Assembly: GCA_022711355.1 (NCBI GenBank)
Contig: JAKLFE010000007.1
Location: 17,776-81,775 of the forward strand
DNA from: Spirochaetota bacterium
GTDB taxonomy: Bacteria > Spirochaetota > Spirochaetia > Treponematales > Rectinemataceae
Direction: 5' to 3'
DNA length: 64,000 nucleotides
Shown here: piece after piece, positions 1 to 10,758 of the stretch
How positions within the stretch are numbered: the first letter of the stretch is position 1
How the letters are laid out: each line of letters begins with the position of its first letter
The notes under the pieces: model-generated
The model's input: the letters and a program-made list of their open reading frames with translations, nothing else
Databases searched by the model: none
Told to the model about the DNA's origin: nothing
Made by a program: the position numbers and the translations under genes

Positions 1-2
1 AG

Positions 3-359
3 GTGCGCGGCGACTGGGAGCGGGGCATGGCCGCGAAGGTGGCCGCGGAGGCCCTGGCCCGGGATCCCGGCATCAACGTCTTCTACGGCCTGTCCGACGA
101 GATGGCGCTCGGCGCCCTCGACGCGGTGAGGAAGATCGGCAAGCGCGACGTCGTCATCCTCGGCATCGACGGCAACCGGAGCGCGATCCAGAGCATCCTG
201 GAGGGCGGGATGACCGCGACGCTCAACACGAACCGAGACCTCATCGGGAAGGAGTCCATCAATTCCGTCATCAAGGCGATCAGGCGGGAGGGCTCGAGCA
301 AGATAATCACGATCGAGACCTTCATCATCGACCGCGGAAACGCCCATTCCTTCTACTGA
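3..359 (+). CDS. C-terminal fragment of a periplasmic sugar-binding protein (LacI/RbsB-type ABC substrate-binding domain). The 5' end lies outside the window.
   Basis: ORF runs from the window edge. Translation (…VFYGLSDEMALGALDAVRKIGKRDVVILGIDGN…) resembles the type-I periplasmic binding fold of ribose/xylose-binding proteins. Confidence 0.5.
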   Translation: MRGDWERGMAAKVAAEALARDPGINVFYGLSDEMALGALDAVRKIGKRDVVILGIDGNRSAIQSILEGGMTATLNTNRDLIGKESINSVIKAIRREGSSKIITIETFIIDRGNAHSFY

Positions 360-487
360 CGAGCGCCATCTTCCCGTCCAACCCCGCCACGCGAGAGCCG
401 GAAAGCCCCTGGAGGCCCCGGTCCTCCGCGCGATGGCGCGGCCGCGCCCCGGGTGCTATACTAGCCCCCCGCCGAAGGAGGGACGCG

Positions 488-1687
488 ATGCACGAAGCCG
501 CCGCGAAAAGGGCGCTTGACCTAACCCGGAGGATCATCGACCGGACCGGCCCCCGGCTCGCCGGGAGCGAGCCCTGCAAGGCGGGGGCGGCCCTCCTGGC
601 CGAGGCCGCGAAGCCGGTCTGCGACTCGGTCGCCGCGGAATCCTTCGTCCTCCATCCGGGCTCCTTCCTCGGCTTCATCCGGGTCCTCGTCGGGATCTAC
701 GCCCTCTCCCTGCCCCTCCTCGCCGTCGCGCCCTGGGCCGCCGCGGCCCTGGGGAGCGCCGGGGTCGCCATCCTCGTCCTCGGCTTCTTCCTCTATCGGA
801 AGGTCCTCGACCCCTTCTACCCGGCTCTCGAGGGCCGGAACCTGGTCGGCCGGCTCGAGCCGCGGGGCGAGGCCAGGCGCCAGGTCATCGTCTCGGGTCA
901 CCACGACTCGGCGCGTATATTCAATTTCTTCGTCGACCGCCCCGAGCTCTACTCACGCCGTCTCTTCGGCGGGATGGGGGCCTTCGCCGCCCTCTGGCTC
1001 GCCTCCTTCCCCCTCGCAGCGGCCGCCGGCCCGGGACCGCGCATCGCGGCCGCGACCGCCTTCGCTCTCGCCCTCCCCCTCGTCCTCCCCCTATGGAACT
1101 TCGCCTCGAAGGAGGGCACGCCCGGGGCCGGGGACAACCTGGCCTCCTCGGCGACGGCCCTCGAGATAGCCCGGGTCTTCCGCGAGCGGCGCGACGCGGG
1201 GAAGGGCCTGGAGTCCACGCGCCTGGTCTTCGTCAGCTTCGACGCCGAGGAGGCCGGCCTCCGCGGGGCGAGGGCCTTCGCCGAGGCCCACCGCGCCGAG
1301 CTCGAGGCCCTCCCCAGCTTCGCCTTCAACATGGACTGCGTCTACCAGCGGGACAAGCTCAGGCTCCTCCTCACGGACCTCAACGGCTTCGTGAAGCTCG
1401 ACGCCCGGGCGGCCGAGCTCATCGCGGCCAAGGGGGCCTCCGAGGGCCTTCAGGTGGAGCGCCTGCCCATCGCCTTCCTCACCGGCGGCACCGACGCGGC
1501 CGAGCTCGCCAAGGCGGGGGTCCGCGCCGCGAGCCTCATGGGCATGGACTGGTCCAACGAGGCGCGCTGCTCGGCCTACCACACCCCGCGGGATACGGTC
1601 GACGCGATCGAGCCCGGCGCCGTCGAGGCGGCCATCGGGCTCGGCGTCGGTTTCGTCGAGGCCGTGGAGGCCGGGGAGCTCGACTAG
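488..1687 (+). CDS. M28-family zinc metallopeptidase with internal hydrophobic (membrane) segments
   Basis: Motifs SGHHDS, TPGAGDNLAS and FDAEEAGLRGA are typical of the M28 aminopeptidase fold. Strong RBS GAAGGAGGG precedes the ATG. Hydrophobic stretches lie near residues 60-100 and 160-210. Confidence 0.6.
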   Translation: MHEAAAKRALDLTRRIIDRTGPRLAGSEPCKAGAALLAEAAKPVCDSVAAESFVLHPGSFLGFIRVLVGIYALSLPLLAVAPWAAAALGSAGVAILVLGFFLYRKVLDPFYPALEGRNLVGRLEPRGEARRQVIVSGHHDSARIFNFFVDRPELYSRRLFGGMGAFAALWLASFPLAAAAGPGPRIAAATAFALALPLVLPLWNFASKEGTPGAGDNLASSATALEIARVFRERRDAGKGLESTRLVFVSFDAEEAGLRGARAFAEAHRAELEALPSFAFNMDCVYQRDKLRLLLTDLNGFVKLDARAAELIAAKGASEGLQVERLPIAFLTGGTDAAELAKAGVRAASLMGMDWSNEARCSAYHTPRDTVDAIEPGAVEAAIGLGVGFVEAVEAGELD

Positions 1688-1794
1688 GTCCGCGCCGGGG
1701 CCCCAGTCGCGAGGGCGCCGAATCCGCGCCGAGGCCCTCGCCCTCCCCCGGCCATGACAATCCCGCCCCGGCCCGCTATACTGTCCCATCGCCC

Positions 1795-1824
1795 TTGACC
1801 GAGGCCGGTCGCGGCGGCTATAGT
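1795..1824 (+). promoter_or_regulatory. Candidate sigma-70 promoter for the aro operon (TTGACC-18-TATAGT)
   Basis: Read directly: TTGACC at 1795-1800 and TATAGT at 1819-1824, about 70 nt upstream of the DAHP synthase ATG. Confidence 0.3.
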
Positions 1825-1896
1825 GCCAAGCTACTATAAATAGAAGCGCCCAAGGAGCGATATCCGCCCCCGGGGAGCGGGGACGGGGGATCCATC

Positions 1897-2712
1897 ATGA
1901 AGAACTTGAAGCTGTCCGCATCGAGGCCAGACGGGGCGCGGACGGTCATCGACGTGGGCGGGGTCAAGCTCGGCGGCGATTTCGTCGTCATAGCCGGGCC
2001 CTGCTCGGTCGAGTCCGAGGAGCAGACCTTGAGGACGGCCGAGGCGGTGGCCGCGGCCGGGGCCAAGATGCTCCGCGGCGGGGCCTTCAAGCCCCGCACC
2101 TCCCCCTACGCCTTCCAGGGCCTCGGCCTCAAGGGCCTCAAGATCCTCGAGAAGGCGCGGCGCGAGACGGGCCTGCCCGTGGTCACCGAGGTGGTGGACA
2201 CCCGCGACGTCTCCTGGGTCGGCGAGTACGCCGACGTCCTCCAGATCGGCGCGCGGAACATGCAGAACTTCTCCCTCCTCCGCGAGGCGGGGCGGTCGGG
2301 CAAGCCCATCCTCCTCAAGCGCGGCATGCACTCCACCCTCGAGGAGTGGCTCAACTGCGCCGAGTACATCCTCGCCGAGGGCAACGGCCAGGTCTTCCTC
2401 TGCGAGCGGGGCATCCGCACCTTCGAGACCTACACGCGCAACACCCTCGACCTCTCCATGGTGCCGGCGGTCAAGGCCGAGAGCCACCTCCCGGTCTTCG
2501 TCGATCCCTCCCACGGCACGGGCATCCTGGGCATGATCGAGCCCATGAGCCTCGCCGCCGTGGCGGCCGGGGCCGACGGCCTCGAGATCGAGGTCCACTG
2601 CGACCCGAGCTCGGCCCTGAGCGACAAGGACCAGCAGCTGACCCCCGCGGCCTTCGCCCTGCTCATGGACAAGCTCCGCAGGCTCCGGGCCTTCATGGGC
2701 GAGCTGGGCTGA
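1897..2712 (+). CDS. aroF: 3-deoxy-7-phosphoheptulonate (DAHP) synthase, KDO8PS-like type I-beta
   Basis: 271 aa. GPCSVES…[10 protein letters not shown]…KRG…VDPSHG motifs match the DAHPS/KDO8PS family. It is the first gene of the aro operon. Confidence 0.85.
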   Translation: MKNLKLSASRPDGARTVIDVGGVKLGGDFVVIAGPCSVESEEQTLRTAEAVAAAGAKMLRGGAFKPRTSPYAFQGLGLKGLKILEKARRETGLPVVTEVVDTRDVSWVGEYADVLQIGARNMQNFSLLREAGRSGKPILLKRGMHSTLEEWLNCAEYILAEGNGQVFLCERGIRTFETYTRNTLDLSMVPAVKAESHLPVFVDPSHGTGILGMIEPMSLAAVAAGADGLEIEVHCDPSSALSDKDQQLTPAAFALLMDKLRRLRAFMGELG

Positions 2713-2717
2713 AGGCG

Positions 2718-3797
2718 ATGCCCGATCTCGGGTTAGGCGCTTCCGGCCTGGTCCTGGCCGGGCTCGGCCGCCTCGCCGGCGCCCTCGATCCGTCGGCCTC
2801 GGTCCTCGTCACCGACGCCGAGCTGCGCCGCCTCTACGGTTCCGAGCTCCCGCCCTGCCCCCTCGTCGAGGTGCCCCGCGGCGAGGCGGCCAAGGACCTG
2901 GCCGTCCTCGAGGGGCTCTACGCCGAGCTCGCGCGGCTCGGGCTGGACCGGGGCGGCACGATAGCCGCCGTAGGCGGCGGCTCGGTCTCCGACCTCGCGG
3001 GCTTCGCGGCGGCGACCTGGCTCCGGGGAGTAGACTTCTGCGTCGCCCCGACCACCCTCCTGGCCATGGTCGACGCGGCCCTGGGCGGCAAGAACGGGAT
3101 CGACTTCGGCGGGCGCAAGAACCTCGTCGGCACCTTCCGCATGCCCCGCCTCGTGCTCTGCGACGTCGGCCTCCTCCCGAGCCTGCCGGACCTCGAGTTC
3201 GCCTCGGGCATGGCCGAGGCCATCAAGCACGGGGTCATCGAGGGCGGGGAGCACTTCGAGTTCCTCGAGTCGGAGTGCCGCTCCCGGGCTTCCCTCGACC
3301 GCCCCCGCCTCGAGCGCCTCGTCGGGCTCTCGCAGGCGCTCAAGCTCGGCATCGTCGCCCGCGACCCCCGGGAATCGGGGGAGCGGCGCCTCCTGAACCT
3401 CGGGCACACGATCGGCCACGCGGTCGAGTCCGCGACGGGCCTGCCCCACGGGCACGCGGTCGCCGCCGGCCTCGCCTCGGCCTTCCGCCTCGCGGGGCGC
3501 CGGGGCGGGGGGAGGCGCGCGGCGGCCGGCGCCGAGCGGGTCTCCTCCCTCCTCGGCTCCTGGGGCCTGCCCGCCTCCCTGGAGGAAGCCCGGCTGGCGG
3601 CGCTGTCGCGCAACGCGCCCTCCGAGACGCTCTCCGAGCTTCCCGCCTTCCGCGCCGCGGTCGCCGCCGCCCTCGTATCGGACAAGAAGCGCTCCGCCGG
3701 GGAGATCCGCTTCGCCCTCCCCCGCGCCGTCGGAGAGGTCCTCGTCGAGGCCATCCCCCTGGCCGAGCTCGAGGCTTTCGTCAAGGAGGCCCCATGA
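2718..3797 (+). CDS. aroB: 3-dehydroquinate synthase
   Basis: ATG at 2718 is in frame with the long ORF and sits 6 nt after the aroF stop. GGGSVSDLAGF…LGGKNGIDF…NLGHTIGHAVE is the AroB NAD/metal-binding signature. Confidence 0.85.
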   Translation: MPDLGLGASGLVLAGLGRLAGALDPSASVLVTDAELRRLYGSELPPCPLVEVPRGEAAKDLAVLEGLYAELARLGLDRGGTIAAVGGGSVSDLAGFAAATWLRGVDFCVAPTTLLAMVDAALGGKNGIDFGGRKNLVGTFRMPRLVLCDVGLLPSLPDLEFASGMAEAIKHGVIEGGEHFEFLESECRSRASLDRPRLERLVGLSQALKLGIVARDPRESGERRLLNLGHTIGHAVESATGLPHGHAVAAGLASAFRLAGRRGGGRRAAAGAERVSSLLGSWGLPASLEEARLAALSRNAPSETLSELPAFRAAVAAALVSDKKRSAGEIRFALPRAVGEVLVEAIPLAELEAFVKEAP

Positions 3798-4783
3798 ACT
3801 CCTTCGGCAGGCTCTTCCGCGTCGAGCTCTTCGGCGAGTCCCACGGCCCGGCCCTCGGCTGCCTCGTCGACGGCTGCCCCTGCGGCCTGCCCCTCGCGGC
3901 CGAGGACTTCGAGGCCGACCTCGCCCGGCGGCGGGCCGGGGCGAGCGGCACCACGCCCCGGCGCGAGGCCGACCTCCCCGAGCTCGCGAGCGGGGTCTAC
4001 GAGGGCAGGACCTCGGGCGCGCCCCTCTGCGTCCTCTTCCGCAACGGGGACGCGCGCTCCGGGGACTACGAGCTCTTCGCCCGGGTGCCCCGGCCCGGCC
4101 ACGCCGACTTCACCGCCTCGGCCAAGTACCGCGGCTTCAACGATCCCCGCGGGTCGGGCCACTTCTCCGGCCGCCTCACCCTCCCCCTCGTGGCCGCGGG
4201 GGTCGTCGCCAAGAAGCTCCTCCCCGCCCTCCGCTTCGAGACCCGCCTCGTCGAGGCGGGAGGGCGCGAGGACGCGGCGGCCGCGATCGCCGAGGCGGCG
4301 GCGGCGGGCGACTCGGTTGGCGGCCTCGTCGAGATCAGGGTCGAGGGCCTGGGAGCCGGCCTCGGCGAGCCCTTCTTCGACTCCCTCGAGGGCCTCGTCG
4401 CCCACGCGGCCTTCGCCGTCCCGGGGGTCCGCGGCATCGAGTTCGGCGACGGCTTCCGCGCCGCCGCCATGCGGGGCTCGGAGCACAACGACCGCTTCGT
4501 CGGGGCCTACGGCCTCACGGCGACGAACCACGCGGGCGGGGTCAACGGCGGGATCTCGAACGGCTCTCCCCTCGTGCTCCGCGTCGCGATGAAGCCCACC
4601 TCGACCATCGCGGCGAGCCAAGCCACCTTCGACCTCGCCTCCGGCGCCATGACCGAGCTCTCGGCCCCTGGCCGCCACGACGCCTGCATAGCCCTGCGCG
4701 GCGCGGTCGCCCTCGAGGCCGCCGTGGCCGTCGCGTTAGCCGACCTTAGCTTGATCGCACGCTCACAGGAGGGCAGCGCATGA
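3794..4783 (+). CDS. aroC: Chorismate synthase
   Basis: Start ATG at 3794 overlaps the aroB stop (ATGA). MNSFGRLFRVELFGESHGPALGCLVDG… is the canonical AroC N-terminus. Confidence 0.85.
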   Translation: MNSFGRLFRVELFGESHGPALGCLVDGCPCGLPLAAEDFEADLARRRAGASGTTPRREADLPELASGVYEGRTSGAPLCVLFRNGDARSGDYELFARVPRPGHADFTASAKYRGFNDPRGSGHFSGRLTLPLVAAGVVAKKLLPALRFETRLVEAGGREDAAAAIAEAAAAGDSVGGLVEIRVEGLGAGLGEPFFDSLEGLVAHAAFAVPGVRGIEFGDGFRAAAMRGSEHNDRFVGAYGLTATNHAGGVNGGISNGSPLVLRVAMKPTSTIAASQATFDLASGAMTELSAPGRHDACIALRGAVALEAAVAVALADLSLIARSQEGSA

Positions 4784-5838
4784 ACCTCGAGGATCTCAGG
4801 AAGGACATCGACGGCCTGGACGCCCGTATCCTCGCCCTCTTGAACGAGCGCATGGAGAAGGCCATCCTGACCCGACGCTTCAAGGACGCCCTCGCCGACC
4901 CCGGCCGCGAGGCCGCCGTGATCGAGAAGGTCCGCCGCCAGTCGCGCTGCCTCATCGACCCGGAGTTCTCGACGGGCCTGTACCGCTCGATCATCGAGCA
5001 GAGCAAGGCCCTCCAGGCCAAGGGCCTGCGCACGATCGGCTTCCAGGGCGAGCACGGGGCCTACAGCGAGATGGCCGCCCGCTCCTGGGGCCCCGACGCC
5101 GCGGCCATACCCTGCCGCGAGTTCGTCGACGTCTTCGACGCGGTCGAGTCGGGCCTCTTCGACTTCGGCATCGTGCCCGTCGAGAACACCCTGGGCGGGC
5201 TCGTGGGCCCGGTCAACTCGATCCTCGTGTACACGGGCCTGCGCATCGTCGCCGCCGTCGACATGGGCATCTCGCACTGCCTCCTCGCCGTGCCCGGCTC
5301 GGACCACCGCGAGATCAGGACCGTCATCTCCCACTCCCAGGCCCTGGCCCAGTGCCGCCGCTTCCTCGCCCGCAACAAGCTCGATCCCGAGCCCTTCTAC
5401 GACACCGCCGGGGCCGCGCGCGAGCTCTCCCAGACGAGGGCCAAGGGCACGGCCGCCATCGCGAGCCGCTTCGCCGCCGAGCTCTACGACCTCGAGATCA
5501 TCAAGGAGGCCATCCAGGACTCCGAGAACAACCGCACCCGCTTCTTCGTCCTCGCCCGCGACGGCGCAGCCTCGCAGGAGGGCTCGAAAGGCTCGGCGGT
5601 CTTCTCCGCCGAGGGCGACAAGGCCGGGGCCCTCTACGGGGTCCTCGAGATCTTCGCCCGCAGGGGCATCAACCTGACGCGCATCGAGTCGGTGCCGGAC
5701 AAGCCCGGGGACTACGCCATCTTCATCGACTTCGAGGGCTCGCGGGGCGATGCCCGCGTCGTCGAGGCCCTCGCGGAGGCGCAGAGGACGGCGCGGGACT
5801 TCCGGCTCCTGGGCTTCTACGACGAGGCGAGGGTCTAG
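4780..5838 (+). CDS. pheA: Bifunctional chorismate mutase / prephenate dehydratase (P-protein)
   Basis: N-terminal CM_2 domain (LRKDIDGLDARILALLNERM), PDT domain (GFQGEHGAYSEMAA), C-terminal ACT-like region. Overlaps the aroC stop. Confidence 0.85.
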   Translation: MNLEDLRKDIDGLDARILALLNERMEKAILTRRFKDALADPGREAAVIEKVRRQSRCLIDPEFSTGLYRSIIEQSKALQAKGLRTIGFQGEHGAYSEMAARSWGPDAAAIPCREFVDVFDAVESGLFDFGIVPVENTLGGLVGPVNSILVYTGLRIVAAVDMGISHCLLAVPGSDHREIRTVISHSQALAQCRRFLARNKLDPEPFYDTAGAARELSQTRAKGTAAIASRFAAELYDLEIIKEAIQDSENNRTRFFVLARDGAASQEGSKGSAVFSAEGDKAGALYGVLEIFARRGINLTRIESVPDKPGDYAIFIDFEGSRGDARVVEALAEAQRTARDFRLLGFYDEARV

Positions 5839-5841
5839 GCC

Positions 5842-6636
5842 ATGCGCGTCTTCATCATGGGCGCCGGCCGCATGGGTGCCTGGCTCACCGAGGAGCTGTG
5901 CTGGGACCACGAGGTCTGCGTCTACGACGCCGATCCCCGGAGGCTGAAGTACTTCATCAAGGTGCGCCGGGCCCTCGACCTCGCCGAGCTCTCCGACTTC
6001 GATCCCGAGCTCCTGATCAACTGCGTCACCCTGGGCGACACCGTCGCCGCCTTCGAGGCCGCCCTCCCCCGCCTGGGCCCCGACTGCATCCTGGCGGACA
6101 TCGCCTCGGTGAAGAGCGGCCTGGCCGACTACTACCGCGAGTCCGGGCGGCCCTTCGTCTCGAGCCACCCCATGTTCGGCCCCACCTTCGCGAACATCCG
6201 CGACCTCCGCGACGAGAGCGCGGTCATCATCTCGGAGTCCTGCGAGAAGGGCAAGGCATTCTTCCGGGATTTCTACGCGCGCCTGGGCGTGCGCATCTTC
6301 GAGTACGACTTCGCCGGCCACGACGAGACCGTGGCCTACTCCCTCGCGACGCCCTTCGCCTCGACCATGGTCTTCGCCGCCTGCATGAAGCACCAGAAGG
6401 CCCCCGGCACGACCTTCAAGAAGCACATGGCCATCGCCAAGGGACTCCTCGCCGAGGACGACCGCCTCCTCGCGGAGACCATGTTCAACCCGCGGACGGT
6501 CAGGCAGCTCGAGCTCATCGGCTCCAAGCTGGCCTACCTCAAGCACATCATCGACCAGAAGGACTACGAGGAGATGCGGCGCTTCCTCGCCGCGCTGCGG
6601 AGCAACATAGCGGACCCGGCTATCGAGGGGAGCTGA
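5842..6636 (+). CDS. tyrA: Prephenate dehydrogenase
   Basis: MRVFIMGAGRMGAWL Rossmann N-terminus with a PDH-like fold. Sits immediately downstream of pheA. Confidence 0.75.
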   Translation: MRVFIMGAGRMGAWLTEELCWDHEVCVYDADPRRLKYFIKVRRALDLAELSDFDPELLINCVTLGDTVAAFEAALPRLGPDCILADIASVKSGLADYYRESGRPFVSSHPMFGPTFANIRDLRDESAVIISESCEKGKAFFRDFYARLGVRIFEYDFAGHDETVAYSLATPFASTMVFAACMKHQKAPGTTFKKHMAIAKGLLAEDDRLLAETMFNPRTVRQLELIGSKLAYLKHIIDQKDYEEMRRFLAALRSNIADPAIEGS

Positions 6637-7924
6637 CCGAGCCGAGGTCCTCGAAGAAGGAGGGCCAGGACTTCGAGACGCAGTCCGCCCCGTCTATCCC
6701 GACGGCCCCGAGGCCGGCGAGGGCGTGGACGGCGGCGGCCATCGCGATGCGGTGGTCCCCGTGCGAGTCGACCCGGGCCTCCTCGACGGTCCCCTGGCGG
6801 CGGGCCGCGCCCTCGACGCGCATGACGTCCCCGTCCACCGTCGCCTCGACCCCGAGCTTGGCGAACTCGAGCGAGAGGGCGGCCGCCCGGTCCGACTCCT
6901 TGTCCCGCAGCCGCGAGACGCCCCGGATGGAGCTCCGGCCCTCGCAGCGGGCCGCGAGGGCGACCAGGGGGGGGAAGAGGTCGGGCCGGTCGCGGGCGTC
7001 GAAGGAGAAGGCGCGCAGCTCCCCCTCGGCCGGCCCTACGCGGATCGAGCGCTCCGAGGCCTCGACGCGGGCCCCGGCGTCGCGCAGGGCCTCGAGGATG
7101 CCGCGGTCGGGCTGGGAGGAGCCGAGGGAGAGGCCCTCGACGGAGAGGCCCGCGCCCCCCGGCCGGCCGGCTATCGCGCCGGCGACCAGGAGGAAGGCCG
7201 CCCCGCTCCAGTCCCCCTCGACCTCGAAGTCAGCCGCGGCGTAGCGCCGGCGCCCCTCGATCCGGAACGAGGGCCCCCGCTCCCCGGCGGAGCGCTCGAC
7301 CTCGACGCCGAAGGCGCGCATCGTGTCCAAGGTCAGCTCGACGTAGCCTCCCGAGGCCAGGCCCCCGACCTCGAGGATCGAGTCCCCGGGCGCGAGGGGC
7401 AGGGCGACGAGGAGGCCCGTGAGGAACTGGGAGCTCGCGCTCGCGTCCACGAGGGCGCGGCCGCCGCGCAGGGGGCCCTCGATCCGCAAGGGCGGGAGGC
7501 CGTTCTGCGTCGCGCAACGCGCCCCGAGGGCCTCGAGGGGGCCCGCGGCCATGCCGACCGGCCGCCGCGCGAGGGAGCCGCGGGCCGCGAGCTCGGTCCT
7601 CCCCGGCCTCAGGGCGGCGATGGACGAGAACATGCGGATGCACAGGCCCGACTCGCCGCAGGGGAGCGAAAGCTCGCCAGAGCCCGACAGGAGGGCGCCG
7701 GGGGCGCCCCCGACGCGGACGGCGCCGGGCCCCGACTCCACGCGGGCTCCCAAGGCCCGCGCGACCTCGAGGGCCGCCAGGCAGTCGGCGCTCAGGCTCG
7801 GCGAGCGCAGGGCCGATTCGCCCTCGGCCAGGAGAGCGCAGGCCACCGCCCGCTGCATGGAGCTCTTGGATGCCGGGGCGCGGATCGATCCGCTCGCCAC
7901 GGCCGGCTGCATCGTCCTCGTCAC
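6620..7924 (-). CDS. aroA: 3-phosphoshikimate 1-carboxyvinyltransferase (EPSP synthase)
   Basis: 434 aa on the minus strand. …SGSIRAPASKSSMQRA… and the EPSPS-like repeats are present. Convergent with tyrA; the two overlap by 17 nt. Confidence 0.8.
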   Translation of the reverse strand: MTRTMQPAVASGSIRAPASKSSMQRAVACALLAEGESALRSPSLSADCLAALEVARALGARVESGPGAVRVGGAPGALLSGSGELSLPCGESGLCIRMFSSIAALRPGRTELAARGSLARRPVGMAAGPLEALGARCATQNGLPPLRIEGPLRGGRALVDASASSQFLTGLLVALPLAPGDSILEVGGLASGGYVELTLDTMRAFGVEVERSAGERGPSFRIEGRRRYAAADFEVEGDWSGAAFLLVAGAIAGRPGGAGLSVEGLSLGSSQPDRGILEALRDAGARVEASERSIRVGPAEGELRAFSFDARDRPDLFPPLVALAARCEGRSSIRGVSRLRDKESDRAAALSLEFAKLGVEATVDGDVMRVEGAARRQGTVEEARVDSHGDHRIAMAAAVHALAGLGAVGIDGADCVSKSWPSFFEDLGSVSSPR

Positions 7925-8059
7925 GCTCGGCCCTCCACGATCAGGTATCTCGGACTATAGAGCCCCGGGGCCGGGAAGCGGAAGGGGCCCGCGCGGGGGC
8001 TTCCGCGCTTTGACAGGAGCCCGGGCGCCGTGCTACTGTCGCGCGGGTAAAGGGGAGCG

Positions 8060-8614
8060 ATGGAAACGAAGGGCATATACCTCGTCGGCTTCAGCGGGAC
8101 GGGCAAGTCCACGATAGCCCGGCCCCTCGGCCTCGGCCTCGGCTGGCCGGTCTTCGACCTCGACGCCTGCATCGTCGAGCGCTGCGGCATGGCTATCCCC
8201 GAGATCTTCGCCCAGGAGGGCGAGGCCGGCTTCCGCGCGAGGGAGGCGGCCGCCCTCCGGGAGATCCCCGAGTCCGGGCCCTTCGTCATGGCCACCGGAG
8301 GGGGGGCCTTCGTCGCCGCCGAGAACCGCGCCCTTATGGCCAGCAGGGGCTGGGCCTTCGCCCTCGAGGCCAGGCCCGAGACGATCTACGCGAGGATCGA
8401 GCGCCAGCGGCGCCTCGCGGAGCCCGGCGCCGCCCGGCCTCTCCTCGAGGCCGGGGACCCGATCGAGCGGATCCGCTCGCTCAAGGCCCTCCGCCAGGGC
8501 GCCTACGCCCTCGCCGACTGGACCGTGCACACCGACCGCCTCTGCGTTGAGCAGGTCGTGGGGGAGATCCTCCGCGGCCGCGAGCTCCTCGAGGCGGCCA
8601 AGGAGGTCGTATGA
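8060..8614 (+). CDS. aroK: Shikimate kinase
   Basis: [21 protein letters not shown]-loop with an SK fold. A candidate TTGACA…TACTGT promoter lies at about 8009-8039. Confidence 0.8.
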   Translation: METKGIYLVGFSGTGKSTIARPLGLGLGWPVFDLDACIVERCGMAIPEIFAQEGEAGFRAREAAALREIPESGPFVMATGGGAFVAAENRALMASRGWAFALEARPETIYARIERQRRLAEPGAARPLLEAGDPIERIRSLKALRQGAYALADWTVHTDRLCVEQVVGEILRGRELLEAAKEVV

Positions 8615-9057
8615 GGCGGGTACTCGTCCTTCACGGGCCCAACCTGAACTGGCTGGGCAAGCGCGAGCCCAAGGTCTACGGACACTTCACGCTGGATGAG
8701 GTCAACCAGGCCCTCGAGGAGCTCGCGGCCGAGCTGGGGATGGAGCTGAAGATCATGCAGACGAACTGGGAGGGCCAGATCGTCGACTGGATCCAGGCGG
8801 AGTCCGAGTGGGCCCAGGGCATCCTGATCAATCCCGGGGCCTTCACGCACTACTGCTACTCGCTCAGGGACGCGATCGCCTCGGTCAGCCTCCCCGCCGT
8901 CGAGGTCCACTGCACCAACATCCACGCCCGCGAGGCATTCAGGCACGAGTCCGTCGTCGTGCCCGTCTGCGTCGGCCAGATCTCGGGCTTCGGCCTGAAC
9001 AGCTACCTGCTCGGGCTCAGGGCCCTCAACCACTACATCGAGGCCCGGATCGACTGA
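8611..9057 (+). CDS. aroQ: Type II 3-dehydroquinate dehydratase
   Basis: [24 protein letters not shown]… is the classic type-II DHQase N-terminus. Overlaps the aroK stop. Confidence 0.85.
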   Translation: MRRVLVLHGPNLNWLGKREPKVYGHFTLDEVNQALEELAAELGMELKIMQTNWEGQIVDWIQAESEWAQGILINPGAFTHYCYSLRDAIASVSLPAVEVHCTNIHAREAFRHESVVVPVCVGQISGFGLNSYLLGLRALNHYIEARID

Positions 9058-9088
9058 GGCCGGGCCGCCGGCCGATGGCGGCCGGGGC

Positions 9089-9121
9089 AAAAAAGAAGGG
9101 GCCGCCCTCGGGCGGCCCCTT
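9089..9121. terminator. Rho-independent terminator between convergent aroQ and gdhA. It is best formed on the minus strand, for gdhA.
   Basis: AAAAAAGAA-GGGGCCGCC-CTCG-GGCGGCCCC-TT: a perfect 9-bp GC stem. On the minus strand the stem is followed by TTCTTTTTT. Confidence 0.5.
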
Positions 9122-9167
9122 CACGCTCGCCGCCGGCCGGAGCCGGCGGCGCGTTAGGCGAAATGGA

Positions 9168-10637
<1,470 letters not shown>

Positions 10638-10658
10638 TCACATTCTAAAACACTTGGC

Positions 10659-10704
10659 GGCAAAAAGCCCGTGAAACTGTTCTGGAACAGGGGTTCTTTT
10701 TGCC
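10659..10704. terminator. Inverted repeat (GGCAAAAAG…CTTTTTGCC, with an inner CTGTTC/GAACAG hairpin) downstream of the TPR gene. Possible weak terminator.
   Basis: The 9-bp arms are exact reverse complements. The element lies between the stop of the minus-strand TPR gene and the gdhA promoter. Confidence 0.3.
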
Positions 10705-10758
10705 TCGGCGAGGCTCTGCGCGCGCGAGATTATCCGAGGGATGGAATGGGCTCCCGCC

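Noticed and set aside
1840-1896. GC hairpin (CCGCCCCCGGGG…GGGGACGGGGG) immediately upstream of the DAHP synthase ATG; considered as a possible attenuator or T-box
   Set aside because: The leader is too short (<80 nt) for a T-box or riboswitch. No specifier or antiterminator features were identified. It probably just includes the G-rich RBS.
4507-6546. 679-aa minus-strand ORF spanning pheA/tyrA
   Set aside because: It is antisense to well-supported pheA and tyrA and has no recognisable domain. Its Arg/Gly/Glu-rich composition is typical of high-GC reverse-frame artefacts.
7960-8010. GC-rich hairpin (GCGGAAG-GGGCCCGCGCGGGGG-CTTCCGC) in the aroA/aroK divergent spacer
   Set aside because: No adjacent T- or A-run appropriate for terminating either flanking gene (the genes diverge here). 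It is likely just a GC-rich palindrome, or part of the aroK promoter region.
10651-10667. Sigma-54-like TTGGCGG-caaaaAGC motif on the plus strand upstream of the TPR operon end
   Set aside because: The GG-to-GC spacing is 11 rather than 12. It points away from gdhA with no plus-strand gene downstream. It also overlaps the arm of the inverted repeat.
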